A program made the translations under genes and the position numbers. DNA of 62,950 bases, counting the filler. It is 3 parts of 3 records of this genome, joined end to end, with 100 filler letters (N's around TTAATTAATTAA, not from the genome) between each part and the next. Parts side by side here need not be neighbours in the genome. Positions count along the whole stretch, not along the records: positions 28,914 to 41,423 come from SRR22947725_994; 2 more parts are not named here. One strand, written 5' to 3'. The notes under the pieces were generated by a model. That model did no database searches. It was not told where the DNA came from and was given only the letters and a program-made list of their open reading frames with translations. Of the stretch, positions 31,260 through 41,523 are shown piece by piece. Numbering within the stretch: position 1 is the first letter of the stretch; the number at the start of each line of letters is the position of its first letter.

Positions 31260-32621
31260 CTAGCCGCGAATGATAGCCTCGCTTGCAGCGGCGATCGCTA
31301 ACAGTGTGCGATCATGTTGACGTGATCCGATAAGCGAAACGCCAACAGGGCCGGTATCCGCCGCATGGCAGGGAATGGTGATTGTTGGGCGGTCAAGATA
31401 GTTAGAGATGGCCGTATTGCGAAGGCATTTGGCATTTTGCGTGGTCTTGGCTTCAATATCGCTAAGCGATGATAAGGCTGGTGGCAGCGCTGGCGATGTT
31501 GGCAGGATAAGCGCGTCAAAGCCCCGAACAGCCGTTTGCACGGCCGCCCATATCCGTTTGCGTGTGTTGAACATTTCAATATATTCACTTGCCAGAATAT
31601 CCTTTCCGCCTTGAATGCGAAAGGCGATCAACGGGTCATATTGTTCGCCCTTGCCAGATTCAAGATTTGATTGATGAAGATGATAGGCCTCGGCAGCAAC
31701 AATGCTTTTGGTGTTGTTGCTCGGGCGCAAGGCTTCGATTTCGGCGAGGGTAATATCGCTGATAACGGCTCCCGCAGAAGATAACCGCTCAATTGCTGCG
31801 GCAAAGCTGCTTGCGACATGCGGGTCAAGATCTTCAAATAGATATCCCTTTGGGAGGGCAAGCCGAAGGCCTTTTAACGCAAAAGGCGCCTCATCTTCGC
31901 CCGATCCACCAGCCATTAAACTATCTAAAATGGCGCAGCAAGATACCGTATTTGCCATTGGGCCGGCTGCGTCAAATGACCGAGATAGCGGGAAAATACC
32001 ATCAGATGGCATTCGTGTTGTTGTTGGTTTCAGGCCGACAATGCCGCAAAAGGCGGCTGGGGCGCGGGTTGATCCGCCAGTATCTGATCCAATCGTTGCT
32101 GGCGCCATGCCATCGCTGATTGAAACGGCGCTTCCAGATGATGACCCCCCAGCCACACGGCCTTTGGTGATGTCATTCGGATCGCGTTCAAACGGGCAAC
32201 GCGCATCACCATAATGGACATTGGTGCCAAGCCCGGAAAAGGCAAATTCGGTCATATTGGTGCGGCCAATTACGATAAATCCGGCCGCCTTTAATCGGGC
32301 TAGAACCGTTGCGTCACTGCTTGCCGGGGCGGCATCTTGCAAAATCTTTGATCCGGCGCGGGTGATAATGCCAGCCTCGTCAAAAAGATCTTTGATCGAC
32401 AGAGGAATCCCGGCAAAGGCCGGAAGGCTCCATCCCTGTTTGCGGGCATGATCAACGGCATCAGCCTCTCTGCGCGCGCGGTCGTGATAGACTTTGATAA
32501 AGCTTCGCTGACCCTCGCCATTTGGGTCATCAATCGTGGCCAAACAATCTTCGACAAGTGCGCGGGCGCCTTGTGAACCGGTTTGAAGCTGGGCGGCGAG
32601 GTCTTTTAGGGAATAGGTCAT
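31260..32621 (-). CDS. Amidase signature family enzyme
   Basis: IKDLFD (Lys), GRTNMTEFA, GGSSSGSA and GSDTGGS.R.PAAFCG (Ser-cisSer-Lys triad); substrate unknown. Confidence 0.9.
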   Translation of the reverse strand: MTYSLKDLAAQLQTGSQGARALVEDCLATIDDPNGEGQRSFIKVYHDRARREADAVDHARKQGWSLPAFAGIPLSIKDLFDEAGIITRAGSKILQDAAPASSDATVLARLKAAGFIVIGRTNMTEFAFSGLGTNVHYGDARCPFERDPNDITKGRVAGGSSSGSAVSISDGMAPATIGSDTGGSTRAPAAFCGIVGLKPTTTRMPSDGIFPLSRSFDAAGPMANTVSCCAILDSLMAGGSGEDEAPFALKGLRLALPKGYLFEDLDPHVASSFAAAIERLSSAGAVISDITLAEIEALRPSNNTKSIVAAEAYHLHQSNLESGKGEQYDPLIAFRIQGGKDILASEYIEMFNTRKRIWAAVQTAVRGFDALILPTSPALPPALSSLSDIEAKTTQNAKCLRNTAISNYLDRPTITIPCHAADTGPVGVSLIGSRQHDRTLLAIAAASEAIIRG

Positions 32622-32780
32622 GATAAGATATGGCTTTGCTGAAGGGAAAAATCATGTAATTTCTGACGCGAAGGGGACTTTGTGAATCGCACTTGTATTT
32701 GGCAAGTTTATTATGCCATCGTTTTGTGAGGCAAGATGTAAAAACAAAAAGGCCGATTTGGCCTGTTAAAGGGGATCATT

Positions 32781-33890
32781 ATGAAAACACGCGCCGCAGT
32801 TGCAGTGGCAGCAGGCAAGCCGCTGGAAGTTATGGAAGTTGATCTTGAAGGGCCGCGCCAAGGTGAGGTGCTGGTTGAAATCATGGCAACTGGTATTTGT
32901 CATACGGATGAATTTACCCTGTCAGGGGCTGATCCTGAAGGAATGTTTCCGGCCATTCTAGGCCATGAGGGGGCAGGGATTGTTCGTGAGATCGGCGCTG
33001 GCGTAACCAGTGTTGCGGTTGGCGATCATGTGATCCCGCTTTATACGCCTGAATGCCGCGAATGTGATTACTGTCTTCATCCGAAAACCAACCTTTGTCA
33101 GGCCATCCGCATCACTCAAGGCCAAGGGGTGATGCCTGATGGCACCAGTCGTTTTTCGCTAAAAGGCAAACCGATCCTGCATTATATGGGAACATCGACC
33201 TTTTCAAATTATACCGTTCTGCCGGAAATCGCGCTTGCCAAGGTGAATAAGGCCGCGCCATTTGACAAGATTTGCTATATCGGGTGTGGCGTTACAACTG
33301 GCATTGGCGCGGTGATTAACACCGCCAAGGCTGAACTGGGCTGCGTTGCGGTGGTATTTGGGCTTGGCGGTATCGGGCTAAATGTGATCCAGGGACTTCG
33401 CATGATTGGCGCGCGGATGATCGTTGGCGTTGATATGAATGACAGCAAAAAAGCCTGGGGCGAAAAATTTGGCATGACGCATTTTGTCAATCCGTCAAAA
33501 ATCAAAGGTGATCTTGTTGGCCATCTTGTTGAATTGACGGGTGGCGGTGCTGATTATTCATTTGAATGTATTGGCAATGTCGAGGTTATGCGTCAAGCGC
33601 TTGAATGTGCGCATAAAGGATGGGGTGAGTCGATCATAATTGGCGTTGCTGGTGCTGGTCAGGAAATTAGCACCCGCCCGTTTCAATTGGTGACCGGGCG
33701 AAGCTGGCGTGGCACGGCCTTTGGTGGTGCCCGTGGCCGAACCGATGTGCCAAAAATTGTCGATTGGTATATGGATGGCAAGATCGATATCGACCCAATG
33801 ATTACCCACACGCTGTCGCTTGATGAAATCAATTCGGGATTTGACCTAATGCATGCTGGCGACTCAATTCGCTCGGTTGTGGTGTATTAA
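32781..33890 (+). CDS. frmA: S-(hydroxymethyl)glutathione dehydrogenase (class III ADH)
   Basis: GICHTD, GHEGAG, structural-Zn CRECDYC..PKTNLC, GCGVTTG, TRPFQLVTGR, GTAFGG; GGGGA RBS. Confidence 0.96.
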   Translation: MKTRAAVAVAAGKPLEVMEVDLEGPRQGEVLVEIMATGICHTDEFTLSGADPEGMFPAILGHEGAGIVREIGAGVTSVAVGDHVIPLYTPECRECDYCLHPKTNLCQAIRITQGQGVMPDGTSRFSLKGKPILHYMGTSTFSNYTVLPEIALAKVNKAAPFDKICYIGCGVTTGIGAVINTAKAELGCVAVVFGLGGIGLNVIQGLRMIGARMIVGVDMNDSKKAWGEKFGMTHFVNPSKIKGDLVGHLVELTGGGADYSFECIGNVEVMRQALECAHKGWGESIIIGVAGAGQEISTRPFQLVTGRSWRGTAFGGARGRTDVPKIVDWYMDGKIDIDPMITHTLSLDEINSGFDLMHAGDSIRSVVVY

Positions 33891-34001
33891 TGGGTAAAGG
33901 TGCGACTAACTGATCGCAGCCAAAAAACGCCTTTGATCGGAAATTTGCGTTTTGAAACCCTAATGCCTCTTTAGCGGCGTAAATATCGAGACAGTGGAGG
34001 C

Positions 34002-35180
34002 ATGATGGCACCAGCATTTTTGAAGGCCGAATATGATAATCGGTTGCGCCGTGTCCGCCATGTGATGCGAGATCGTGGTCTTGACGCCGTCATTATTGGT
34101 GACCCGTCAAATATAAACTGGCTATGTGGTTATGACGCTTGGTCTTTTTATACGCCGCAAATGATGCTTATCGATCTTGATCACGGCCCGTTCTGGATGG
34201 GGCGCGAAATGGATGCAGGTGCCGCCCGCTTTACCACCTATCTAAAGACCGATCAAATCATCCCCTATCCTGAAACTTTGGTTCAACGCCCCGATACGCA
34301 TCCGACGGCGTTTCTGGCCGACTGGATGGCAAAGGCTGGTTTTGCCAATGCAAAAATTGGCTATGAAAGTGATGTTTATTATTTATCGCCGCGTGCGCTT
34401 GCCGGTTTGCAGGGCGGGATGCCAAAGGTGGTTTGGGTTGATGCTGATCTACTGGTCAATTGGGTTCGGCTTGTCAAAAGTGAAGCCGAAATTGCCGTTA
34501 TGCGAGAGGCGGCGCGCATTGCCGAAATAGCAATGCAAACCGCATGGGATGGGGCGCGCCCCGGTGTGCGGCAATGCGATCTGATGGCCGATGTGATTGC
34601 AGCGCAAATTCGCGGCACCCCCGAATTTGGTGGCGACCAGACCGCAATTCACCCTTTAATATTGGCTGGTGAGGCTGCGTCAACCGCGCATCCGCTTTGG
34701 AATGATAACGTTCTTGAAGATGGGCAGACCGTGGCATTTGAACTTGGCGGTTGCCGAAAACGCTATAATGTTGGGCTGGCGCGAACCGTGCATCTTGGCA
34801 TGCCGTCACAGAAGCTTCAAGAAACCGCAAAGGCGGTTGAAGAAGGCATGAATGCGGTAATGGCGGCTTTGCGTGCTGATGTGTTTGCTGGTGATGTTCA
34901 TACGGCATGGCAAAAGGTACTTGATCGTTATGGGCTGGAAAAGAAAAGCCGTATTGGCTATTCGATTGGCGCTGCCTATGCCCCTGATTGGGGCGAACAT
35001 ACGCTTAGTTTCCGGCCAGATGAAAAAGTGCTGGTTCCCGAAAATGCCGTTGTTCATATTATTCTTGGCATGTGGATGGATGGCTGGGGAATGGAGCTCA
35101 GCGAGACCTTGCATGTGAATAAAACCGGTTGTGACAAGCTGGCGGATTTTCCACAGCATGTTCATCTGGTGCAGCGATGA
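34002..35180 (+). CDS. M24-fold hydrolase, ectoine hydrolase DoeA/EutD-like
   Basis: DPSNINWLCGYDAWSFY, LVNWVR..KS, FGGD, AH..W, FELGG, GYSIG..YAPDWGE, G.W..GWGMEL.E, all resembling DoeA/EutD; the metal-binding D/D/H residues of aminopeptidase P are replaced. Confidence 0.78.
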   Translation: MMAPAFLKAEYDNRLRRVRHVMRDRGLDAVIIGDPSNINWLCGYDAWSFYTPQMMLIDLDHGPFWMGREMDAGAARFTTYLKTDQIIPYPETLVQRPDTHPTAFLADWMAKAGFANAKIGYESDVYYLSPRALAGLQGGMPKVVWVDADLLVNWVRLVKSEAEIAVMREAARIAEIAMQTAWDGARPGVRQCDLMADVIAAQIRGTPEFGGDQTAIHPLILAGEAASTAHPLWNDNVLEDGQTVAFELGGCRKRYNVGLARTVHLGMPSQKLQETAKAVEEGMNAVMAALRADVFAGDVHTAWQKVLDRYGLEKKSRIGYSIGAAYAPDWGEHTLSFRPDEKVLVPENAVVHIILGMWMDGWGMELSETLHVNKTGCDKLADFPQHVHLVQR

Positions 35181-36352
35181 CTGACCGGCTTGCCGCTGCT
35201 GAGGTACTTTTGGCCAATCTTGTTGGTTTTGCCTCGATAAGCGGCCAGCCAAATGGCAATATTGTCAATTACATCAAAACCTATCTTGAGTCCTACGGGG
35301 TCATTGTGCATCTTGATTCGCATGAAGATGGGCAAAGATTCAATCTGTTTGCCAGCATTGGCCCACAAATTGATGGCGGCATTTTATTGTCGGGTCATCT
35401 CGATGTCGTGCCAGCTAATCCGGCAGGCTGGTCGCGTGATCCGTTTGTTTTGCACAAACAGGATGGGCGGCTTTACGGCCGCGGCGCGGTTGATATGAAA
35501 GGGTTTCTGGCGATTGTGCTGGCGATGGTGCCTGCCTTTCAAGAGGCGGCAAGCCAGCTTGCCAAGCCAGTGCATCTTGCCTTTACCTTTGATGAAGAGG
35601 TTGGCAGTTTTGGCGCTGCGCAAATGCCGTCGATGATGGATCGGCTCGGTGTTAAACCGGCGATTGCCGTGGTTGGCGAGCCAACCGGCATGAAACCATT
35701 TATTGGCCATAAGGGCGGGCTTGAACTGATTGCCGATATTCGTGGAACGGCGGGTCATGCCTCTGATCCGCGTGGCACGGTTAATACGCTCTATTACGCG
35801 GCGCGGCTGATTAGCCATCTTGAGGATAAGGCGCGATCATTGGCAATTCAGCCACGGCATGACACGCCGTTTGACCCGCCCTATACCACCATTTCGGTTG
35901 GTCATATCAAAGGCGGTGAGGCGCGAAACATCATTGCCGATCATTGCCGTTTTCTGTGGGAAATACGCCCGCTTCCAGAAGATGATCCCTACGCGATTCT
36001 TGATGAAATCCAGCAATTTGTTAACAATGAGCTATTGCCGGAAATGCAGTCAATCCACGCTGATGCTGGCATCAATCTGATTGTCGAATCATGGTGTCCG
36101 GGCATGCAGGCGCGGGCTGGTTCACTGGCGGCCAATCTGGTGGCACGGCTTTGGACAAATGAAATGCCCGATGTGGTGTCTTTTGGAACTGATGGCGGGC
36201 ATTTTCAGGCGGCAGGGATTGAAACGATTGTGTTTGGGCCGGGCGGTATGGCGCAAATGCATCAGCCTGACGAATTTATCGAAGTGACGGCGCTTGCTGA
36301 TGGGCTGGGGTTTCTTGACCGGCTTTTAACGCATATGAAAGCGCCGCTTTAA
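35177..36352 (+). CDS. argE: ArgE-type (M20A) N-acetyl-amino-acid deacetylase
   Basis: SGHLDVVP, GRGAVDMKG, DEEVG, GEPT, HQPDEF; ATGA overlap with the DoeA-like gene. True substrate uncertain. Confidence 0.8.
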   Translation: MTDRLAAAEVLLANLVGFASISGQPNGNIVNYIKTYLESYGVIVHLDSHEDGQRFNLFASIGPQIDGGILLSGHLDVVPANPAGWSRDPFVLHKQDGRLYGRGAVDMKGFLAIVLAMVPAFQEAASQLAKPVHLAFTFDEEVGSFGAAQMPSMMDRLGVKPAIAVVGEPTGMKPFIGHKGGLELIADIRGTAGHASDPRGTVNTLYYAARLISHLEDKARSLAIQPRHDTPFDPPYTTISVGHIKGGEARNIIADHCRFLWEIRPLPEDDPYAILDEIQQFVNNELLPEMQSIHADAGINLIVESWCPGMQARAGSLAANLVARLWTNEMPDVVSFGTDGGHFQAAGIETIVFGPGGMAQMHQPDEFIEVTALADGLGFLDRLLTHMKAPL

Positions 36353-36364
36353 AGGGGATCGCCA

Positions 36365-37246
36365 ATGCAGTTTCGCCATATCCTGATCGCCCTGATCGTG
36401 CCGCTGACATGGGGTTTTGGCTTCACTTTTGCCAAGGCTGGGCTTGGGCATTTTCCGCCATTGCTGTTAATGGGTATGCGGTTTGTGCTGGCGGCATTCT
36501 TGCTGGCATGGTTTGTACCCCTGCCACGTGGGCATTTTTGGACCTTGTGTTGGATTTCATTTATCGCCGCGACATTGCAATATGGACTTACTTTTTCTGG
36601 TTTGGCGCTGATGGCCGCAACGCCAGCTGTGTTGTTGGTGCAAAGCGAGGTGATTTTTGGCGTTATTATCGCCGCCATTCTTCTTGGCGAGCGGCCAAGT
36701 CTTCGGCAGATTCTTGGCATTGTCATGGCGTCTTGCGGGGTTGTTGTCATTCTTGGTGCGCCTGCATTGGAGGGGCAATGGCTTGGCATCGGACTGGTGC
36801 TGTCAGGGGCGCTTGTTTGGGCATTTGGTCAGGTTCTGATCCGCCGCCTCGACGGGGCTTTGGGCGGGTTTCAGCTTACCGCGTGGATTGGGGTTATGGC
36901 CGGTCCACAAATGCTGCTGGCATCATGTCTGATTGATGGCAATCCGCTACCTGCCATTCAGGCAGCGCCAATCGAGGCATGGCTTACGGTGATCTATCTT
37001 GGCGTGGTGATGACCGCGATTGGCTATTCGGCTTGGTATTATGTGCTGGCGCGTTATCCGGTGCCAATGGTGATGCCGGTCTTGCTTTTGTTGCCGGTTG
37101 CGGCAATTTTTGGCGCTGTGACGATGCTTGGTGAGGTGCCTGACCCTATGGTTCTTGCTGGTGGTATGTTGGTGATCTTTGGTGTTGGCGTGGTGGTGGT
37201 TGAACCGGCATATCTGCTGGCTTGGTGGCGCAAAAAAACCGGCTAG
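36365..37246 (+). CDS. EamA/DMT family transporter
   Basis: About 10 TM helices in two repeats, WG..F...K, PPLL....RF, LGERP; 12 nt after argE. Confidence 0.88.
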   Translation: MQFRHILIALIVPLTWGFGFTFAKAGLGHFPPLLLMGMRFVLAAFLLAWFVPLPRGHFWTLCWISFIAATLQYGLTFSGLALMAATPAVLLVQSEVIFGVIIAAILLGERPSLRQILGIVMASCGVVVILGAPALEGQWLGIGLVLSGALVWAFGQVLIRRLDGALGGFQLTAWIGVMAGPQMLLASCLIDGNPLPAIQAAPIEAWLTVIYLGVVMTAIGYSAWYYVLARYPVPMVMPVLLLLPVAAIFGAVTMLGEVPDPMVLAGGMLVIFGVGVVVVEPAYLLAWWRKKTG

Positions 37247-37317
37247 ACCCAAATCGGGTCATGCCGGTTTTCAAGTACCAAGCAATCATCTGTTTGGGTT
37301 TATATGCTTTGCCCTGA

Positions 37318-38511
37318 TCATGCGCCGGTAAAGGCCTGCAATCCGGTTTGCGCCCGTCCCAGAATAAGCGCATGAACGTCATGCGTGCCTTCATAGGTAT
37401 TGACTGTTTCCAGATTAATCATGTGCCGCATGATGTGATATTCCTCGGCAATGCCATTGCCGCCATGCATGTCGCGTGATGTCCGCGCAATGGTTAGCGC
37501 CTTGCCACAATTATTGCGCTTGATCAGCGAAATATTTTCCGGTGCGCAATTATTCTCGTCAAGTAAGCGGCCGACCCGAAGTGCGGCTTGCAGCCCGAGA
37601 GTGATTTCGGTTTGCATATCGGCAAGCTTTAGCTGGATAAGCTGATTGGCGGCAAGAGGCCGGTTAAACTGCTTGCGATCAAGCGTATATTGACGCGCCG
37701 CGTGCCAGCAGAATTCAGAAGCGCCCATCACCCCCCAAGCAATGCCATAGCGGGCTTTGTTCAGGCAGGAAAACGGCCCTTTTAATCCGCTAACATGCGG
37801 TAAAAGATTATCCTCAGACACAAAGGCATTATCCATCTGGATCGAACCAGTAACCGATGCCCGGAGCGACAGCTTGCCCTCAATTTTGGGTGTGCTAAAG
37901 CCGCTGCCAGCCGTTTCACGCTCGACGATAAAGCCGCGGATCGCGCCATCAAGCTTTGCCCAGATAATGGCGATATCGGCATAGGGTGCGTTTGAGATCC
38001 AGGTTTTCGACCCTGACAAATGATAGCCACCATCGGTTTTGACCGCCTTGGTTGCCATGCCGCCCGGGTCTGATCCGAAGTCGGGCTCGGTTAGTCCAAA
38101 ACAGCCAACCATCTCGCCTGTTGCCAATTTTGGCAGGAATTTATGTTTCTGTGCGTCACTGCCAAAACTAAAGATCGGATGCATGACAAGTGATGATTGA
38201 ACCGACATGGCTGAACGATAGCCAGAATCGACCCGTTCAATCTCGCGAGCAGCAAGACCATAGGCAACATGATTGACGCCAGCGCCGCCAAATTCTTCGG
38301 GGATTGTCGAACCAAGAAGGCCAAGCGCGCCCATATCTCTCAGCAAAGCTGGATCAAACGCCTCATCGCGGAAATCGCCAATGACGCGTGGCATCAGAAT
38401 GTCATCGGCAAATGCCTTGGCGGCATCGCGAACCATACGTTCTTCATCGCTTAGCTGTGCCTCAAGGAAAAAAGGATCGTCCCACTGGAATTGTGGCTTT
38501 GATGAGGTCAT
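37318..38511 (-). CDS. gcdH: Glutaryl-CoA dehydrogenase
   Basis: F.WDDPF....[53 protein letters not shown]. Confidence 0.92.
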   Translation of the reverse strand: MTSSKPQFQWDDPFFLEAQLSDEERMVRDAAKAFADDILMPRVIGDFRDEAFDPALLRDMGALGLLGSTIPEEFGGAGVNHVAYGLAAREIERVDSGYRSAMSVQSSLVMHPIFSFGSDAQKHKFLPKLATGEMVGCFGLTEPDFGSDPGGMATKAVKTDGGYHLSGSKTWISNAPYADIAIIWAKLDGAIRGFIVERETAGSGFSTPKIEGKLSLRASVTGSIQMDNAFVSEDNLLPHVSGLKGPFSCLNKARYGIAWGVMGASEFCWHAARQYTLDRKQFNRPLAANQLIQLKLADMQTEITLGLQAALRVGRLLDENNCAPENISLIKRNNCGKALTIARTSRDMHGGNGIAEEYHIMRHMINLETVNTYEGTHDVHALILGRAQTGLQAFTGA

Positions 38512-38769
38512 GTCTCTGTCCTTAGAAATCGGGTTTAATCGTCGAAAATTAATGGCAAACCTAACCTATTTCAAAAGGGTTTGTCATCGTTTTATCAGCT
38601 ATATTTTGACGCAGGTGGGAAAAATATGATCGGTTGGCGTCACTGGATGTTGGGCATGGGGCTGGTGAATGGCTTGTAATTTGATGTTATTTTCATTAGA
38701 CAAGCCTAACAAAGCGGCAAGGTTGCGCGAAATACCCGCATGAATTCACCATGATTGGGACTGGATAAA

Positions 38770-39426
38770 ATGACTGATGATCTGATAATCGCCCCGTCGA
38801 TTTTGGCCGCTGATTTCAGCCGGATTGGTGATGAGGTGAAAGCTGTTGATGCGGCAGGTGCCGACTGGATTCACCTTGATGTCATGGATGGTCATTTCGT
38901 GCCAAACCTGACCTTTGGCCCGCCTTTGATCAAGGCTTTGCGGCCGCACAGTCAGAAATGTTTTGATACGCATCTTATGGTGTCAAACCCTGATGGGTTA
39001 TTGGCCGAATATGCCGCTGCCGGATCGGATATTATTACCGTTCATGCCGAAGCCTGCCCGCATCTTGACCGCAGTCTAAGCCATATCCGCGAGCTTGGTT
39101 GTAAAGCTGGTGTTTCGGTGAATCCGCATACGCCGATTGACGGTTTGCAGCATGTTCTTGATCGGTTGGATCTTATCCTTGTGATGACGGTCAATCCCGG
39201 ATTTGGGGGGCAAAGCTTTATCAATGCCATGATCGACAAGATTGCTGCCACCAAAGCGATGATTGGCAATCGTCCGATCACCATCGAGGTTGATGGCGGC
39301 GTCACGGCGGATAATGCTGGCAAGGTGGTGGCCGCAGGTGCGCGCGCACTTGTTGCCGGTTCGGCCGTATTTAAAGGCGCATCCTATGCCGAAAATATCG
39401 CGGCAATTCGCGCTGCGGCGGAGTGA
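38770..39426 (+). CDS. rpe: Ribulose-phosphate 3-epimerase
   Basis: [49 protein letters not shown] at 38770 chosen as start. Confidence 0.96.
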   Translation: MTDDLIIAPSILAADFSRIGDEVKAVDAAGADWIHLDVMDGHFVPNLTFGPPLIKALRPHSQKCFDTHLMVSNPDGLLAEYAAAGSDIITVHAEACPHLDRSLSHIRELGCKAGVSVNPHTPIDGLQHVLDRLDLILVMTVNPGFGGQSFINAMIDKIAATKAMIGNRPITIEVDGGVTADNAGKVVAAGARALVAGSAVFKGASYAENIAAIRAAAE

Positions 39427-39516
39427 TTTCGCATTGCCAATGGAATGTCAGTGATCAGGGGCGTGCTTTGACGCCCCGAACGGGCTTGTCATCGCTTTCG
39501 ACCATGGAGAAACCAA

Positions 39517-40491
39517 ATGGGGTTATTAATTGACGGAAGCTGGTCAACGGCTTGGTATGATATCGAAAAAACCGATGGCAAATTTGTTCGTGAAGATGCT
39601 GGATTCCGCCATTGGATAACGGCAGATGGCGCAGCTGGGCCAACCGGTAAGGCTGGTTTTAAAGCCGAGTCGGGGCGCTATCATCTTTATGTGTCTCATG
39701 CTTGCCCTTGGGCGCACCGAACGATGATTTTCCGGCACCTAAAGGCGCTCGATGCGCATATTTCGGTTTCGGTTGTGCATCCGCTGATGTTGGATAATGG
39801 CTGGAGCTTTGGCACCGATGAATTTGCCACTGGCGACACGCTCTATCAAAGTGATTTTCTTTATCAAATTTACCAGAAATCCAAACCCGATGTGACGAGC
39901 CGGGTGACGGTGCCGGTTTTATGGGACAAGCAAACTGAACAGATTGTTTCGAATGAATCATCAGAAATTATTCGCATGTTCAATTCGGCATTTGATGCGA
40001 TTACCGGCAATCGGCTGGATTTCTGGCCAGCGGCAAGCCGCACCGCCATCGAGACGATCAATGATGATATTTATCAGCATATCAATAATGGCGTCTATCG
40101 CGCTGGATTTGCGACAAAGGCACCGGCTTATGATGAGGCGGTAACGGATCTGTTTGACGCGCTTGACCGGATCGAGGCGCGTTTGGGCGAAAACCGTTAT
40201 CTTCTTGGCGATGAAATCACCGAGGCAGATTGGCGGCTTTTCACCACATTGGTTCGGTTTGACCCGGTCTATGTTGGCCATTTCAAATGCAATTTACGGC
40301 GTATTGCCGATTATCCGGCCTTGTCCGGTTATCTTCGCGAGCTATATCAAATGCCCGGGATCACCGAAACGGTGGTGATGCCACATATCAAAACACATTA
40401 TTATGCAAGTCACCGCAACCTGAACCCGATGGGCATTGTGCCAAAAGGCCCCATTCTTGATTTTCTAACGCCGCATGGACGCCAGCGCTAA
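39517..40491 (+). CDS. yqjG: Glutathionyl-hydroquinone reductase (Xi/omega-like GST)
   Basis: CPWAHR active site, TVPVLWDK, NESSEI, NNGVY, RFDPVY..HFKCN, HYY.SH. Confidence 0.92.
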   Translation: MGLLIDGSWSTAWYDIEKTDGKFVREDAGFRHWITADGAAGPTGKAGFKAESGRYHLYVSHACPWAHRTMIFRHLKALDAHISVSVVHPLMLDNGWSFGTDEFATGDTLYQSDFLYQIYQKSKPDVTSRVTVPVLWDKQTEQIVSNESSEIIRMFNSAFDAITGNRLDFWPAASRTAIETINDDIYQHINNGVYRAGFATKAPAYDEAVTDLFDALDRIEARLGENRYLLGDEITEADWRLFTTLVRFDPVYVGHFKCNLRRIADYPALSGYLRELYQMPGITETVVMPHIKTHYYASHRNLNPMGIVPKGPILDFLTPHGRQR

Positions 40492-41423
40492 TCGCTCTGC
40501 GGCGCAGGTGGTGCTGTTTTCTTGCGGCGCGGGTCTATGCCAAGATGCGCCTCGCCTCGTTCGGCGGCAAGTCGCATCTGTTTTTGCCGTTCGGCAAATC
40601 GCGCTGCGCGATCAGGATCAAGGTCAGGTTTGCAATGTGGACAGCTAATGCCGTCTTCAAAATCGGGATGTGCCAGATCATCGGCCGATAGCGGCATTCG
40701 GCAAGCATGACACATATCATAGCTTCCGGGCTGTAAATCATGATCAACCGCCACGCGCCCGTCAAAAACGAAACATTCGCCTTGCCATTGGCTGTCGGCA
40801 ACGGGGACATCTTCAAGATATTTCAAAATGCCGCCCTTTAGATGATAGACCTCGTCAAAGCCCATATCTTGCATCAGCGCGCTGGCTTTTTCGCAGCGAA
40901 TGCCGCCAGTGCAATACATTGCAATTTTCTTGGGACGCCGGTCGGCAGGCTGATTGGCAAGCGAATGCGCCCATTTGGGAAATTCGCGAAAATTTGTTGT
41001 CATGGGATCGATCGCGCCAGCAAACATGCCAATCGCGGTTTCATAGCTATTGCGGGTGTCAACAAGGAAAACATCTGGGCCGGCAATCAAGTCGTTCCAA
41101 TCTTTTGGGTCAACATAGGTTCCGGTGCTTTTGGCCGGATTGATCTCAGGGCATCCCATTGTCACAATTTCGTGCTTGGGACGCACTTTCATCCGCAGGA
41201 AGGGCTGATCAGGGCTAAATGAAAATTTTAGCGATAATTGATCAAACCGGCCATCCGCCTCTAGCCAATTCAAAAATCGCGTCATGCCGTCCCGCGGTGC
41301 GGCAATCGTGCCGTTGATACCTTCTTCGGCCAAAAGAATCGTGCCAAGAATCTGGTTTTTATCGCAAAGCTGCTGCAAGGTCTGGCGCAGCCCGTCGATA
41401 TCGTCAAGCGAGACAAATTTATA
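40488..41423 (-). CDS. trhO: Rhodanese-domain tRNA hydroxylation protein TrhO (UPF0176), 5' truncated
   Basis: Frame extends to the contig end (YKFVSLDD...); EGINGT, DTRN.YE..IG.F, YCTGGIRCEKA, GGILKY, CFVFD.RV. Confidence 0.9.
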   Translation of the reverse strand, partial: YKFVSLDDIDGLRQTLQQLCDKNQILGTILLAEEGINGTIAAPRDGMTRFLNWLEADGRFDQLSLKFSFSPDQPFLRMKVRPKHEIVTMGCPEINPAKSTGTYVDPKDWNDLIAGPDVFLVDTRNSYETAIGMFAGAIDPMTTNFREFPKWAHSLANQPADRRPKKIAMYCTGGIRCEKASALMQDMGFDEVYHLKGGILKYLEDVPVADSQWQGECFVFDGRVAVDHDLQPGSYDMCHACRMPLSADDLAHPDFEDGISCPHCKPDLDPDRAARFAERQKQMRLAAERGEAHLGIDPRRKKTAPPAPQSD

Positions 41424-41523
41424 NNNNNNNNNNNNNNNNNNNNNNNNNNNNNNNNNNNNNNNNNNNNTTAATTAATTAANNNNNNNNNNNNNNNNNNNNN
41501 NNNNNNNNNNNNNNNNNNNNNNN
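41424..41523. other. Artificial contig-joining spacer
   Basis: Identical in structure to 28814-28913; truncated genes and a composition shift on both sides. Confidence 0.97.

Noticed and set aside
39458-39477. GGGGCGT/ACGCCCC hairpin after rpe as an intrinsic terminator
   Set aside because: It is a 7-bp stem with no U-tract on either strand in GC-rich DNA, so support is insufficient.
28914-41423. GC-rich segment as a horizontally acquired genomic island
   Set aside because: Its boundaries are artificial spacers, it has no integrase, tRNA or direct repeats, and it contains core genes.
28862-41475. Dozens of short overlapping or antisense ORFs on contig 2 (e.g. 31702-32214, 36409-36936, 38273-38629, 40670-41143) and ORFs running into N
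   Set aside because: They are shadow frames of well-supported genes, expected at higher GC, and show no motifs or RBS support.
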